A stretch of 46,512 nucleotides of DNA from an uncultured Candidatus Saccharibacteria bacterium (GTDB lineage Bacteria > Patescibacteriota > Minisyncoccia > Phycocordibacterales > Phycocordibacteraceae), in NCBI GenBank assembly GCA_964546795.1, contig CAZJKG010000005.1:1-46512 (forward strand). Reading direction: 5' to 3'. The notes beneath the pieces are model-generated. The model was not told the DNA's origin and did not search any database. It worked only from the letters and a program-made list of their open reading frames with translations. Numbering within the stretch: the stretch's first letter is position 1; each line of letters starts with the position of its first letter. Positions 1 through 8,570 of the stretch are shown one piece after another. The position numbers and the translations under genes are program-made.

Positions 1-33
1 GGGTTGAGGGTTCGAGTCCCTCCATGCCCACCA
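1..33 (+). tRNA. tRNA, 3' part only (cut by window edge; identity unknown)
   Basis: T-arm GAGGG-TTCGAGT-CCCTC, acceptor 3' strand CATGCCC, discriminator A, encoded CCA. Confidence 0.8.
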
Positions 34-121
34 AATTAACGAGCCGTAATCGGCGACTATAATTTGGTAGGATGCCGCAATTCCTATTGTGGCCCCACCA
101 AATACAGTATGATGCACTCAC

Positions 122-194
122 GCACCCTTAGCTCAGTTGGTAGAGCAACGCACTTACACTGCGAAGGTCGTAGGTCCGAGTCCTACAGGGTGCA
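122..194 (+). tRNA. tRNA-Val(TAC)
   Basis: Acceptor GCACCCT/AGGGTGC, D-arm GCTC..GAGC, anticodon loop CT-TAC-AC, T-arm GTAGG-TCCGAGT-CCTAC; no encoded CCA. Confidence 0.92.
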
Positions 195-266
195 CTACTT
201 CGCTAAAGCTACGAAGTGTAAAAACACTTGAAACCAATAACAACATCACATACGTTTGCATAGAAT

Positions 267-959
267 ATGACCGAACCTTTGAAAGCGGCAAGCATGCCAA
301 CATGCATTGGCATTATTCTTGACGGAAATCGCCGTTGGGCGAAAGAACACGGTTTGCCTCAGCTTGAGGGACATCGTCGCGGATATGAATTGGTGATCAA
401 GTGCGCACGCTGGGTGCGAGACCGCAGTATCAAACATTTTGTTGTGTATGCATTTTCTACCGAAAATTGGGATCGTCCGAAAGAGGAAGTGTCGTATCTG
501 ATGAATCTCGTGCTCGAGGCGGCGGAGAGCCGTTTGCGAGACCTTGCGAAAGAAAATATCCGTATTCGCTTTGTCGGGACACGCGAGCGCTTAGCACCTG
601 AACTTCTAAGAGCTATGGAGTGTCTGGAGAGGGAGAGTGCACAGAATGAATTCACCTTATGGATATGTCTTTCATACGGCGGCCGTACGGAAATCGTTGC
701 GGCGGCCGCCGCGGCCGCCGCTTCCGGCGAGCCAATCACCGAACAATCCCTGCACGCGCATTTCTGGAGTGCCGAGATGCCGGATCCGGATATCATCATC
801 CGTACCGGGGGAGAAAAGCGTCTTTCAAATTTTCTTCTCTGGCAAGCAGCTTACAGCGAACTGTTCTTCATTGATCCAAAATGGCCGGCGTTCACCGAAA
901 AAGCCCTTGATGCAATTCTTGAGGAATTTGCAGGGCGAGAACGTCGGCGCGGGAAATGA
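267..959 (+). CDS. uppS: undecaprenyl diphosphate synthase
   Basis: IILDGNRRWA, YAFSTENW, SYGGR, DPDIIIRTGGEKRLSNFLLWQ motifs. Confidence 0.96.
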   Translation: MTEPLKAASMPTCIGIILDGNRRWAKEHGLPQLEGHRRGYELVIKCARWVRDRSIKHFVVYAFSTENWDRPKEEVSYLMNLVLEAAESRLRDLAKENIRIRFVGTRERLAPELLRAMECLERESAQNEFTLWICLSYGGRTEIVAAAAAAAASGEPITEQSLHAHFWSAEMPDPDIIIRTGGEKRLSNFLLWQAAYSELFFIDPKWPAFTEKALDAILEEFAGRERRRGK

Positions 960-981
960 TAGAACATGATACGGTAGTCGG

Positions 982-1683
982 ATGGAACTTCCGATTCTCT
1001 ACGAAGACGAGGATGTCGTCGCGGTCGCGAAGCCCGCAGGGCTTATCACGCATTCTGACGGACGAACACAGGAAGAAACGGCCGAGGACTGGTTCAAAGA
1101 GAAGTATCCTGAAGGAGCTGGCTATGCACATCGACTCGACCGCGACACTTCGGGCGTGCTTGTTTTCGCAAAAAATGGAACGACATATAATTTTCTGCAC
1201 AAAGCGTTCAATGACAGGAACGTGGAGAAGACCTATCTTGCACTCGTATACGGCGTGCCCAAAGAAAAAAAAAGTGTCATTGATTTCGATATCGGACGTT
1301 CGCGCAAGGATTTCCGTCTCCGGAGCGCGCAACCTAAGGCGAAGGGGAAATTACGCGAGGCACTTACTCGGTATGAGGTGATTGGAGAGGATGGGAAGTA
1401 CGCTCTTCTGAAAGTACAACCGGAAACAGGCAGGACGCATCAGATCCGCGCCCACTTGAAAGCAATCCATCATCCAATCGTCGGCGACTCTTTGTACTCA
1501 CCAAACCACTCCACAGAACTCGACATCAAGCGCCTCGGCCTCCATTCTTATATGCTCAATCTTCCGCTCCCTTCGGGCGCTAAGGCGCTTATCACTGCGC
1601 CGATACCATGCGATCTTGTTCCTTCGTTTTCGCGCTTTCCTAACGCAAACGAAACATTTGCTCTCGTCTACGACGCGTGCTAA
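982..1683 (+). CDS. RluA/RluD-family RNA pseudouridine synthase
   Basis: KPAGL, HRLDRDTSG, TGRTHQIR, HPIVGD motifs; no S4 domain. Confidence 0.93.
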   Translation: MELPILYEDEDVVAVAKPAGLITHSDGRTQEETAEDWFKEKYPEGAGYAHRLDRDTSGVLVFAKNGTTYNFLHKAFNDRNVEKTYLALVYGVPKEKKSVIDFDIGRSRKDFRLRSAQPKAKGKLREALTRYEVIGEDGKYALLKVQPETGRTHQIRAHLKAIHHPIVGDSLYSPNHSTELDIKRLGLHSYMLNLPLPSGAKALITAPIPCDLVPSFSRFPNANETFALVYDAC

Positions 1684-1695
1684 TGTGCGCACCAC

Positions 1696-2166
1696 ATGCA
1701 GAACGTCATAACACCCGTGAATGTAGAAGGGCGCGCAAAACTCGGCATCCGTTCGGGTGATACTGTGCGCGTCGTGCAGAATATCGTGGAACTCAAAAAA
1801 GGCCGCGGCACCGACAAGAAGGAGAAAACAACGAAAAACACCCGCAAACAGGTCTTTGAGGGTCTAGTGCTCTCTACCAAACACGGTACCGAAGCGGGGG
1901 CGATGTTCACGGTCCGCGCGACATTCTCGGGTATCGGCGTTGAAAAGACATTTCCGCTCTACACGCCATCCATTGACTCTATCGAGATAGTGAAGCGCTC
2001 AAAGGTCCGTCGCGCAAAACTGTATTTCATTCGCGAGAAGGCGACCAAAGCGGTGCGTCGCCAGCTGCGCAATGCCCGCATGATGCACCTTATGAGTGAA
2101 GAGACCGTTGCCACGGTTGCCGCTGAAACACCAGCTGCGGAAGTAATTTCTGAACAGATTAGTTAA
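1696..2166 (+). CDS. rplS: 50S ribosomal protein L19
   Basis: GDTVRV, QVFEGLV, GIGVEKTFPL, KVRRAKLYFIR. Confidence 0.96.
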   Translation: MQNVITPVNVEGRAKLGIRSGDTVRVVQNIVELKKGRGTDKKEKTTKNTRKQVFEGLVLSTKHGTEAGAMFTVRATFSGIGVEKTFPLYTPSIDSIEIVKRSKVRRAKLYFIREKATKAVRRQLRNARMMHLMSEETVATVAAETPAAEVISEQIS

Positions 2167-2190
2167 AAGGGTTTAGAGGGTTTTTTTTAT

Positions 2191-2199
2191 TTATCCACA
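2191..2199 (+). promoter_or_regulatory. DnaA box (perfect TTATCCACA)
   Basis: Exact consensus 9-mer, intergenic. Confidence 0.55.
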
Positions 2200-2241
2200 A
2201 TTGGTAGACGCTACGTATTTGAGATATAGTATTATATAGGG

Positions 2242-2919
2242 ATGGACAGACTTGGAATGAGAGGACCTAAACCAAAAGGGAAAGTGAAAATACGATGGTC
2301 TTCTAAATTTGCGTATGCAATCGGACTGTTGGTCTCTGATGGTAATCTCTCACCAGATGGTCGACACATCGTTTTTGTCTCCAAGGATTACGAGATGATT
2401 GAATTGTTTCAAAAATCATTGGAGATACATATTCATATAGGTAAAAAGGCAAACGGCACGCTACCAGGGAAGTCATATTTCGTAGCTCAGTTTAGTGATG
2501 TTCTTTTTTATCAATTTCTTATGGACATTGGTCTGATGCCGAACAAGTCAAAGATTATCGGAGAGGTAGAAATTCCACCCGAATATTTCTTTGACTTTCT
2601 TCGTGGTACTTTCGATGGGGACGGCTCTACATATTCATATTTCGACCCACGATGGCAATCAAGCTACATGTTCTACACTTGTTTCATATCAGCTAGCCAT
2701 ACGCACCTAATTTGGTTACGGGAAGAAATACGCAAAAGGATTCATATACTCGGGCACATGCATCTTAGTAATCGTCGTTCTTTAAATCAACTAAAATATG
2801 CGAAGGCGGATTCGTTAAAATTGCTTCGAGCGATGTATTACTCGCGCCGAGTTTTATCACTTACTCGGAAAAGGTTGAAAATAGTTAAGATGTTAGCTAC
2901 AGTTGGGGAGAAGCTATAA
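2242..2919 (+). CDS. free-standing LAGLIDADG-family endonuclease-like protein
   Basis: Two LAGLIDADG-type helices, YAIGLLVSDG and FLRGTFDGDG; AT-richer than flanks. Confidence 0.85.
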   Translation: MDRLGMRGPKPKGKVKIRWSSKFAYAIGLLVSDGNLSPDGRHIVFVSKDYEMIELFQKSLEIHIHIGKKANGTLPGKSYFVAQFSDVLFYQFLMDIGLMPNKSKIIGEVEIPPEYFFDFLRGTFDGDGSTYSYFDPRWQSSYMFYTCFISASHTHLIWLREEIRKRIHILGHMHLSNRRSLNQLKYAKADSLKLLRAMYYSRRVLSLTRKRLKIVKMLATVGEKL

Positions 2920-2929
2920 TGCTTCATGA

Positions 2930-3013
2930 GCCCGGGTGGCGCAATTGGTACCCGCGCAGCCTTGAGGTGGCTGTGGGAGCAATCCCGTGGAGGTTCAAGT
3001 CCTCTCCCGGGCA
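2930..3013 (+). tRNA. tRNA-Leu(GAG)
   Basis: Acceptor GCCCGGG/CCCGGGC, anticodon arm CAGCC-TTGAGGT-GGCTG, long variable arm GGGA-GCAA-TCCC, T-loop TTCAAGT; TATAAT at 2915-2920. Confidence 0.93.
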
Positions 3014-3158
3014 CAAAATAAAGGAGCTGTACGCGAAAGCGTGCGCCGACAATATGTTCTGAAAGAGAAGTATACTCACGTTCCTTTCCTAACGATATGT
3101 TATTCTAAGAAAGGACAAAGCACTTTGATTAATCTCTCACAAAGGAAGGGGGTGGAAG

Positions 3159-4025
3159 GTGATGGAGAAGCAACCGATCCGCAAATTGAACGTCAAAACA
3201 ACCGCACTGTTCGTTCTTGTGGTATGTACGGCCGTGATAGGCGTGCCGATTTACGGGTACGTATACGGCTACACTCGACTTGACTGGGCGATGTTCATCG
3301 CACTTTACGCGGCTAGCGCACTCGGCATAACGGTCGGGTACCACCGGCTGATCTCTCATCGAAGTTTCCAATGCCCCGACTGGGTGAAGGCGATACTTCT
3401 TGTTGCTGGTGGATGGGCGTTTGAAAACTCGGCACTGAAATGGAGTGCCGATCACGGGCGACATCATGCGCGCGTGGATACGGAGGAAGATCCATATAAC
3501 GCCAAGAGGGGCTTTTGGTACAGCCACTGCGGATGGATTCTCCAAAGAGACCCTTATTACAGCGAGAAATTCACGCCGTGGCTACGCGAGGATCGTGTCG
3601 TGATGTGGCAGTATCGTTGGTACATCCCCGTCGTTCTGTCCGGTCTGGCACTGCCTTTCATTGTGGGGTTCGCTTACGGCGGCTGGATGGGTGGCGCGGG
3701 ATGCTTCATGCTTGCCGGCGTCGGGCGGATGTTCCTGGTGCTGAACTCCACGTTCTGCATCAATTCCGTTTGTCATCTGTGGGGGAGCCAGCCGTACGAT
3801 ACCTCCAACAGCAGTCGGGACAGCTGGTTAGTGTCGCTGATCACTTTTGGCGAAGGGTACCACAATTACCATCACGCTCATATGCGTGATTTCCGGAACG
3901 GTCCTCGGTGGTACAATTTTGACCCATCGAAGTGGATCATCTTCTGGTTATCCAAAGTTGGGCTTGCGTGGAATCTTGTCCGAATCCCGGATTGGAAGAT
4001 AAAAAAGGCCTGCAGTTCTCTTTGA
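3159..4025 (+). CDS. membrane fatty acid desaturase (delta-9 acyl-CoA/acyl-lipid type)
   Basis: His boxes GYHRLISH, DHGRHH, GEGYHNYHH; INSVCH, FDPSKW; hydrophobic segments. Start GTG 3159 or ATG 3162. Confidence 0.93.
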   Translation: MMEKQPIRKLNVKTTALFVLVVCTAVIGVPIYGYVYGYTRLDWAMFIALYAASALGITVGYHRLISHRSFQCPDWVKAILLVAGGWAFENSALKWSADHGRHHARVDTEEDPYNAKRGFWYSHCGWILQRDPYYSEKFTPWLREDRVVMWQYRWYIPVVLSGLALPFIVGFAYGGWMGGAGCFMLAGVGRMFLVLNSTFCINSVCHLWGSQPYDTSNSSRDSWLVSLITFGEGYHNYHHAHMRDFRNGPRWYNFDPSKWIIFWLSKVGLAWNLVRIPDWKIKKACSSL

Positions 4026-4053
4026 AACGGGATAGCAGGGCTAACAAAAACGG

Positions 4054-4084
4054 GGGCGGGTCTCGCAGGAGATCCGCCCTTTTT
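4054..4084 (+). terminator. intrinsic terminator after desaturase
   Basis: GGGCGGGTCTC/GAGATCCGCCC stem followed by T-run. Confidence 0.7.
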
Positions 4085-4129
4085 AGTATCTGAAGTTTGA
4101 AGTGTATACTCATACACTACACACATTTT

Positions 4130-4663
4130 ATGCTGTATACCGGTAAAGGGGATGGTGGAACGACAAAAATGTTCGGCTGCGACCAACGGCGAATATCAAA
4201 ATCCTCCGAATTGCCGGAAGCGCTCGGCGCTTTGGATGAATTGAACGCCTTTGTCGGATTCGCGAAGATGCGCGCCTCCGGAGAACCGCGCATCGCAGAC
4301 GCTTTACGCGATGTGCAAGAGAAACTTTTCATCATTCAAGCGGAAGTTGCTGGTGCGGACAAGAAAGTGGAGGAAAATGCCGTGAAGCAGGTTGAGGATA
4401 TCGTGAACGGCATAGAGAAGGAAATTCCTCCACTCAAAGGATTCTCCATCGCGGGCGGGACGGAACTCTCCGCGCTCCTCGACGTCGCGCGGACGCTCGC
4501 GCGGCGAGCTGAGCGCCGCATTATCGCCGTCAAAGAAATGCGCTTGCACGATGTCTCACTCGGCACTATGGCTTATATGAATCGTCTCTCCTCGCTCCTC
4601 TTTGCATTCGCGCGGCTTGCTAATCATCTTGCCGGCGTCTCGGAAGAGACACCGCGCTATTAG
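4130..4663 (+). CDS. PduO-type ATP:cob(I)alamin adenosyltransferase
   Basis: YTGKGDGGTT, GALDELN, ARRAERR, YMNRLSSLLF. Confidence 0.93.
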   Translation: MLYTGKGDGGTTKMFGCDQRRISKSSELPEALGALDELNAFVGFAKMRASGEPRIADALRDVQEKLFIIQAEVAGADKKVEENAVKQVEDIVNGIEKEIPPLKGFSIAGGTELSALLDVARTLARRAERRIIAVKEMRLHDVSLGTMAYMNRLSSLLFAFARLANHLAGVSEETPRY

Positions 4664-4708
4664 CGGCGCGCGCCCATTCGGTATTCATGGTATAAAAATC
4701 TCGTGCAT

Positions 4709-4784
4709 GGCGACTATGGTGTAACGGTTAACACTGGAGCTTGTGGAGCTCTCAATTCGGGTTCGATTCCCGATAGTCGCCCCA
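4709..4784 (+). tRNA. tRNA-His(GTG)
   Basis: G-1:C73 pair, acceptor GCGACTA/TAGTCGC, anticodon GGAGC-TTGTGGA-GCTCT, TTCGATT T-loop, encoded CCA. Confidence 0.94.
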
Positions 4785-4805
4785 ATTGCGTGGTACCATC
4801 GGCAC

Positions 4806-5453
4806 ATGAAAAGTTTATTTCTCGGCATCCTGCTTATTCTCGTTATCGGTATCGGGGGATTCGTCTATAGGAACGCGGTCGAGCATCCGATGCAGCCGCT
4901 CGAGTGTCCCCTCGATACCTTACAGTGCCCGGACGGCACATCGGTCTCGCGCGAGGGTCCTTCTTGCACGTTCTCCGTGTGTCCGGCACCGAACGTCTCA
5001 CTTGCGAGCATCGGCACCGCTTTCGCGATACCCCCGGGATTCACTTCTTCCTCACTTTCCGATGCTGCGAGTGTCGCCGCTTATGCATTACCGACCACAG
5101 ATTCTTCTATAAGTTCAGCTGAAATCATTATTCGCCACTATCAGATCACTGCTTCTTCGACAGCGCTTGCGACCATACAGCAGACAGCCATTGGCGGTAC
5201 CTCCGGCGCGCCCGTAAGCGTCACATCTTTTTCCTCCACCGTGCTCGGTAATCGCCGCTTCACTATCGTATCCATTGACCGTTTTGAGGGAATTATAGAT
5301 ACGGCATATTATCTTGCGCGTGGTACGGACGTACTACGCTTTGACGCGATTGATAGGAGCGTCATGAATTGGACCGACCCGAACCTAGATATCTCGACGC
5401 TCCCGGCCCATACAGCGCTTAGGAATCTACTTGTGACCCTTCAAGAACAGTAA
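4806..5453 (+). CDS. membrane-anchored exported protein with Cys-rich CxxDxxxCPDG module
   Basis: N-terminal TM MKSLFLGILLILVIGIGGF; CPLDTLQCPDGTSVSREGPSCTFSVCP; TGgTACCAT -10 just upstream. Confidence 0.75.
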   Translation: MKSLFLGILLILVIGIGGFVYRNAVEHPMQPLECPLDTLQCPDGTSVSREGPSCTFSVCPAPNVSLASIGTAFAIPPGFTSSSLSDAASVAAYALPTTDSSISSAEIIIRHYQITASSTALATIQQTAIGGTSGAPVSVTSFSSTVLGNRRFTIVSIDRFEGIIDTAYYLARGTDVLRFDAIDRSVMNWTDPNLDISTLPAHTALRNLLVTLQEQ

Positions 5454-5501
5454 TTCGGTGGTACACTATTCGCCAGTATTAATTCATAATTAGGATTCAC
5501 T

Positions 5502-6296
5502 ATGAACAGCAATCTTTTCGATAACAGCGGCGTCCGTATCGCTCTCGTTACCTCCCTTTCTTTCCTTGCACTCTTTCTGCTTGTGGAGACGATAAGCGTT
5601 GCAGAGAACTTCGGCCGGCCGGGCGTACCGGCGACCGATACGGTTACCGTGCAGGGCTCCGGCCAGGCGACGCTTCCGCCGGATGTTGCGCGTGTTTCTT
5701 TCACCGTTGAGAATACATCTGTCGCTGTTGCAGATGCGCAAGCAGAGACCACTAAGCAAGCGAATGCTGCTCTTGAGTATGTGAAAGAACAGGGTGTTCT
5801 AGAAAAGGACGTGAAGACGCTCTCCTACAATATTTCGCCGCAGTATTCTTATCCGAATCCATGCGTGCCGGGAGCACTTTGTCCGGATTATAATCGCGCG
5901 CCCAAAGTAACCGGTTACCAAGTGTCCGAGACCATTCAGGTCACTATGCGCGATCTTTCTGCGGTCGGTACGCTCCTTGGCGGGCTCGGGAAGCTTGGTG
6001 TGCAGAATGTAAATGGTCCTGCTTTTGCTCTTGATGACGCAACGGCCGGTTATGACGCCGCGCGCGCCGATGCTATCGCTAAAGCGAAAGCCCAAGCAAC
6101 GCTTCTTGCGAAACAACTCGGCGTCTCTCTCGGCAAGATTGTGAATTTCAGTGAGTCCTCGGGCGGATATCCTTACCCGGTGTATGGGCTCGCCATGGGC
6201 ATGGGCGGAGATTCAAAAATGGAATCCACTCCGAATATTCCTGTCGGCGAGAATACCTATAACGCATCCGTCTCCATCACCTACGAGATTCGATAG
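5502..6296 (+). CDS. SIMPL (DUF541) domain protein
   Basis: N-terminal TM; TVTVQGSGQATLPPDVA, YNISPQY, AKQLGVSLGKIV, SVSITYEIR. Confidence 0.88.
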   Translation: MNSNLFDNSGVRIALVTSLSFLALFLLVETISVAENFGRPGVPATDTVTVQGSGQATLPPDVARVSFTVENTSVAVADAQAETTKQANAALEYVKEQGVLEKDVKTLSYNISPQYSYPNPCVPGALCPDYNRAPKVTGYQVSETIQVTMRDLSAVGTLLGGLGKLGVQNVNGPAFALDDATAGYDAARADAIAKAKAQATLLAKQLGVSLGKIVNFSESSGGYPYPVYGLAMGMGGDSKMESTPNIPVGENTYNASVSITYEIR

Positions 6297-6329
6297 CTTG
6301 GGTCTGTGGGCAGTATCCACAGGCATAGT

Positions 6330-6358
6330 TTGACAGTACGGACTGTTTTGTGTATAAC
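6330..6358 (+). promoter_or_regulatory. sigma70 promoter TTGACA-17-TATAAC with DnaA-box-like sites
   Basis: -35 at 6330-6335, -10 at 6353-6358; TTATACACA on minus strand 6349-6357; GTATCCACA at 6313-6321. Confidence 0.7.
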
Positions 6359-6510
6359 CTAGAAGGGTTTTGAAGAAAGGTTCTTTATTGCGCAATGGCG
6401 CAGAAAAGGAGGTGCTGCAATGATGCGTAGTCACGGTTCCTAAGTTTTTCCTCTCTCGAGTCAATGTGTTCATGAACAACCCTTTTTTGTTTATGACGAG
6501 AGGAGAGGAT

Positions 6511-6747
6511 ATGCCAAACAACGGTCAAGGAAATGGTCAGGGGCAACAGCGAAACCGCTCGCAGCTGTCGTCGACACCGCAGGGCAGAAGGAGGGCGGAA
6601 GCGGCAGAAGCAAGGATGTTGTCTTCTCATTCCGCTCCTGGGCCCACCGCCCAGCAGCCAGTTTATGGGATCGACAGAGTGCTTCTCGATGGGAAGCGCA
6701 CTGACGGTCGCGTCAACCGCGGATTCCCCGACCCGAGGATGACCTAG
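6511..6747 (+). CDS. hypothetical small, low-complexity protein
   Basis: ATG preceded by AGGAGAGG; lies between a consensus promoter and a hairpin; no recognisable motif. Confidence 0.45.
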   Translation: MPNNGQGNGQGQQRNRSQLSSTPQGRRRAEAAEARMLSSHSAPGPTAQQPVYGIDRVLLDGKRTDGRVNRGFPDPRMT

Positions 6748-6867
6748 AGCGCAAGATTCCTATTTGTGTGCGGGAAGACCGATTATTCCCACGACGAAAA
6801 GGGCTCTCCGCCACTAGTCGTCCAAACCAAAACCGTTTTCAGGACGATGTAAGAAAGGAATAAAGAA

Positions 6868-6904
6868 ATGGCCTGGATGTCTCCGTAAGGAGCATCCAGG
6901 CCAT
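6868..6904. terminator. stem-loop closing the 6330-6905 unit
   Basis: ATGGCCTGGATG-TCTCC-GTAA-GGAG-CATCCAGGCCAT. Confidence 0.55.
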
Positions 6905-6942
6905 TGATAATTAGGAGAGATGTGTCCGTGCTGATGCGGCTA

Positions 6943-6971
6943 TTGACGCTTTTGGGGTGGCATACTACACT
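6943..6971 (+). promoter_or_regulatory. sigma70 promoter of secE-nusG-rplK
   Basis: TTGACG (6943-6948), 17 nt, TACACT (6966-6971). Confidence 0.65.
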
Positions 6972-7022
6972 ACCAGTATCGAAGCCCGCAGGGCTTTTTT
7001 ATTTGACCTGACTACTTTCGCT

Positions 7023-7208
7023 ATGTATTCACCTTTCACCTATCTGAAGCACGTTCGCGAAGAGTTCACCCATATTGTCTGGCCCACGAACCGGACGGCA
7101 TTGGCACATACGCTTGTCGTCATTGGTATTGCGGTCGTTATCGCGCTTTTGGTTGGTCTGCTCGACTACGTCTTCAGTTCGGTGGTGAGTCGTGTCACCG
7201 GCGGCTAA
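7023..7208 (+). CDS. secE: preprotein translocase subunit SecE
   Basis: YLKHVREEFTHIVWPT, single TM ending LLDYVFS; directly before nusG. Confidence 0.92.
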   Translation: MYSPFTYLKHVREEFTHIVWPTNRTALAHTLVVIGIAVVIALLVGLLDYVFSSVVSRVTGG

Positions 7209-7213
7209 TTGGT

Positions 7214-7855
7214 ATGGACGAGATACAACAGATGCATAGTGGAGAGATGGATTTGCCAGAAGAGATTGGCATGGCGGATATCGCGCCTTCGGTGCGTAAA
7301 GAGATACGGGACGAAACGGCCTCGCGCAAAGAAGATGCACACTGGTACACCATCCACACCTACGCCGGCTATGAGAACGCTGTCGAACGCAATTTGAAGC
7401 AGCGCATCGAGTCGCTTGGCATGGAGGGGAAAATATTCGATGTTGTCATTCCGACCGAGAAGAAGATACATGTGAAGGGAGGGAAGCGTATTGTTGAGGA
7501 AGAGAAGATCTATCCGGGCTATATTCTCGTGCGCATGATCGTCGATGATGATTCCTGGTTCGTGGTGAGGAACACTCCGCGCGTTACCGGCTTTGTCGGC
7601 TCTGGTAACACACCAGTCCCGATGGAGGACGCTGAAGTATCGTCCTTGATGAAGCGCATGACGGCGGAAGCGCCCAAGCACCGCATTGACCTCATGCGTG
7701 ACGACCCTATCGTCATTGCCGACGGTCCGTTCAAAGATTTGGAAGGTAAGGTGGGCGAAATCGATGAAGAACGCGGAAAAGTGAAAGTCATGGTGTCAAT
7801 GTTCGGACGCGAGACGCCAGTCGAACTCGATTTCTTGCAGATACGCAAACTCTAG
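7214..7855 (+). CDS. nusG: transcription termination/antitermination factor NusG
   Basis: [49 protein letters not shown]. Confidence 0.97.
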   Translation: MDEIQQMHSGEMDLPEEIGMADIAPSVRKEIRDETASRKEDAHWYTIHTYAGYENAVERNLKQRIESLGMEGKIFDVVIPTEKKIHVKGGKRIVEEEKIYPGYILVRMIVDDDSWFVVRNTPRVTGFVGSGNTPVPMEDAEVSSLMKRMTAEAPKHRIDLMRDDPIVIADGPFKDLEGKVGEIDEERGKVKVMVSMFGRETPVELDFLQIRKL

Positions 7856-7874
7856 AGTAGAGTCGCTATACCTT

Positions 7875-8294
7875 ATGGCCAAAGTAGTTAAAAAAATCAA
7901 ATTGCAGATTCCCGGCGGCGCAGCGACGCCAGCGCCGCCTGTCGGCACCGCACTTGGCCCCGCGGGCGTGAATATCGGCCAGTTCGTGACCCAGTTCAAC
8001 GAGGCGACCAAAGACAAGCGGGGAACCATCATTCCTATCGAGCTTTCGGTCTACGACGATCGCTCTTTCACCTTTGTCATGAAGAACCCGCCCGCCTCGC
8101 GGCTCATTCTGAAGGCGCTCGGCCTTGAGAAGGGTTCAGGCAAGGCGCGCGAAGAAAAAGTCGGGGTGCTGACCAAAGCGCAGATTGCGGCTATTGTTGA
8201 AGAAAAGATGCCGGACTTGAATGCAAACAGTCCAGAAGCCGCCGCGCGACTCATCGCCGGCACAGCACGTTCTATGGGCGTGGAAGTGAAATAA
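7875..8294 (+). CDS. rplK: 50S ribosomal protein L11
   Basis: [28 protein letters not shown]. Confidence 0.97.
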   Translation: MAKVVKKIKLQIPGGAATPAPPVGTALGPAGVNIGQFVTQFNEATKDKRGTIIPIELSVYDDRSFTFVMKNPPASRLILKALGLEKGSGKAREEKVGVLTKAQIAAIVEEKMPDLNANSPEAAARLIAGTARSMGVEVK

Positions 8295-8332
8295 GTTCCT
8301 AAATTCATAAAAAAGAGAAAGGAGGGGTGCTG

Positions 8333-8533
8333 ATGAAGATAGAGTTCATTGATTGTCCTTGCGGCGAAAGGCATCCTCTTCTTAATGACGAGAAAGGAAA
8401 AATTTTCTTTTGCAAGAAAAAACTGAATGAAGCGCAAAATGAAAAGGAAGGTGGGAAGTGGTATCTTCTTTTAAAAGATCAATCAGTCACTGAGAAGAAA
8501 ATGGAGGACAGGACAAGGTTGAGAGCATCGTAA
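8333..8533 (+). CDS. hypothetical protein with CxC..H..C motif
   Basis: SD AAGGAGG upstream, own terminator; DCPCGERHP..FFC. Confidence 0.6.
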   Translation: MKIEFIDCPCGERHPLLNDEKGKIFFCKKKLNEAQNEKEGGKWYLLLKDQSVTEKKMEDRTRLRAS

Positions 8534-8539
8534 GCGTCG

Positions 8540-8570
8540 GGGAGCCGTTGCGGATAGCGCGGCTCCCTTT
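8540..8570. terminator. terminator between convergent genes
   Basis: GGGAGCCG...CGGCTCCC followed by T-rich tract. Confidence 0.65.

Noticed and set aside
137-322. 61-aa ORF, plus ORF starts at 2987 and 4743
   Set aside because: They overlap tRNA genes; 4806 is the better start for the last
2167-2929. Group I intron around the LAGLIDADG ORF
   Set aside because: No interrupted host gene and flanks too short for a ribozyme core
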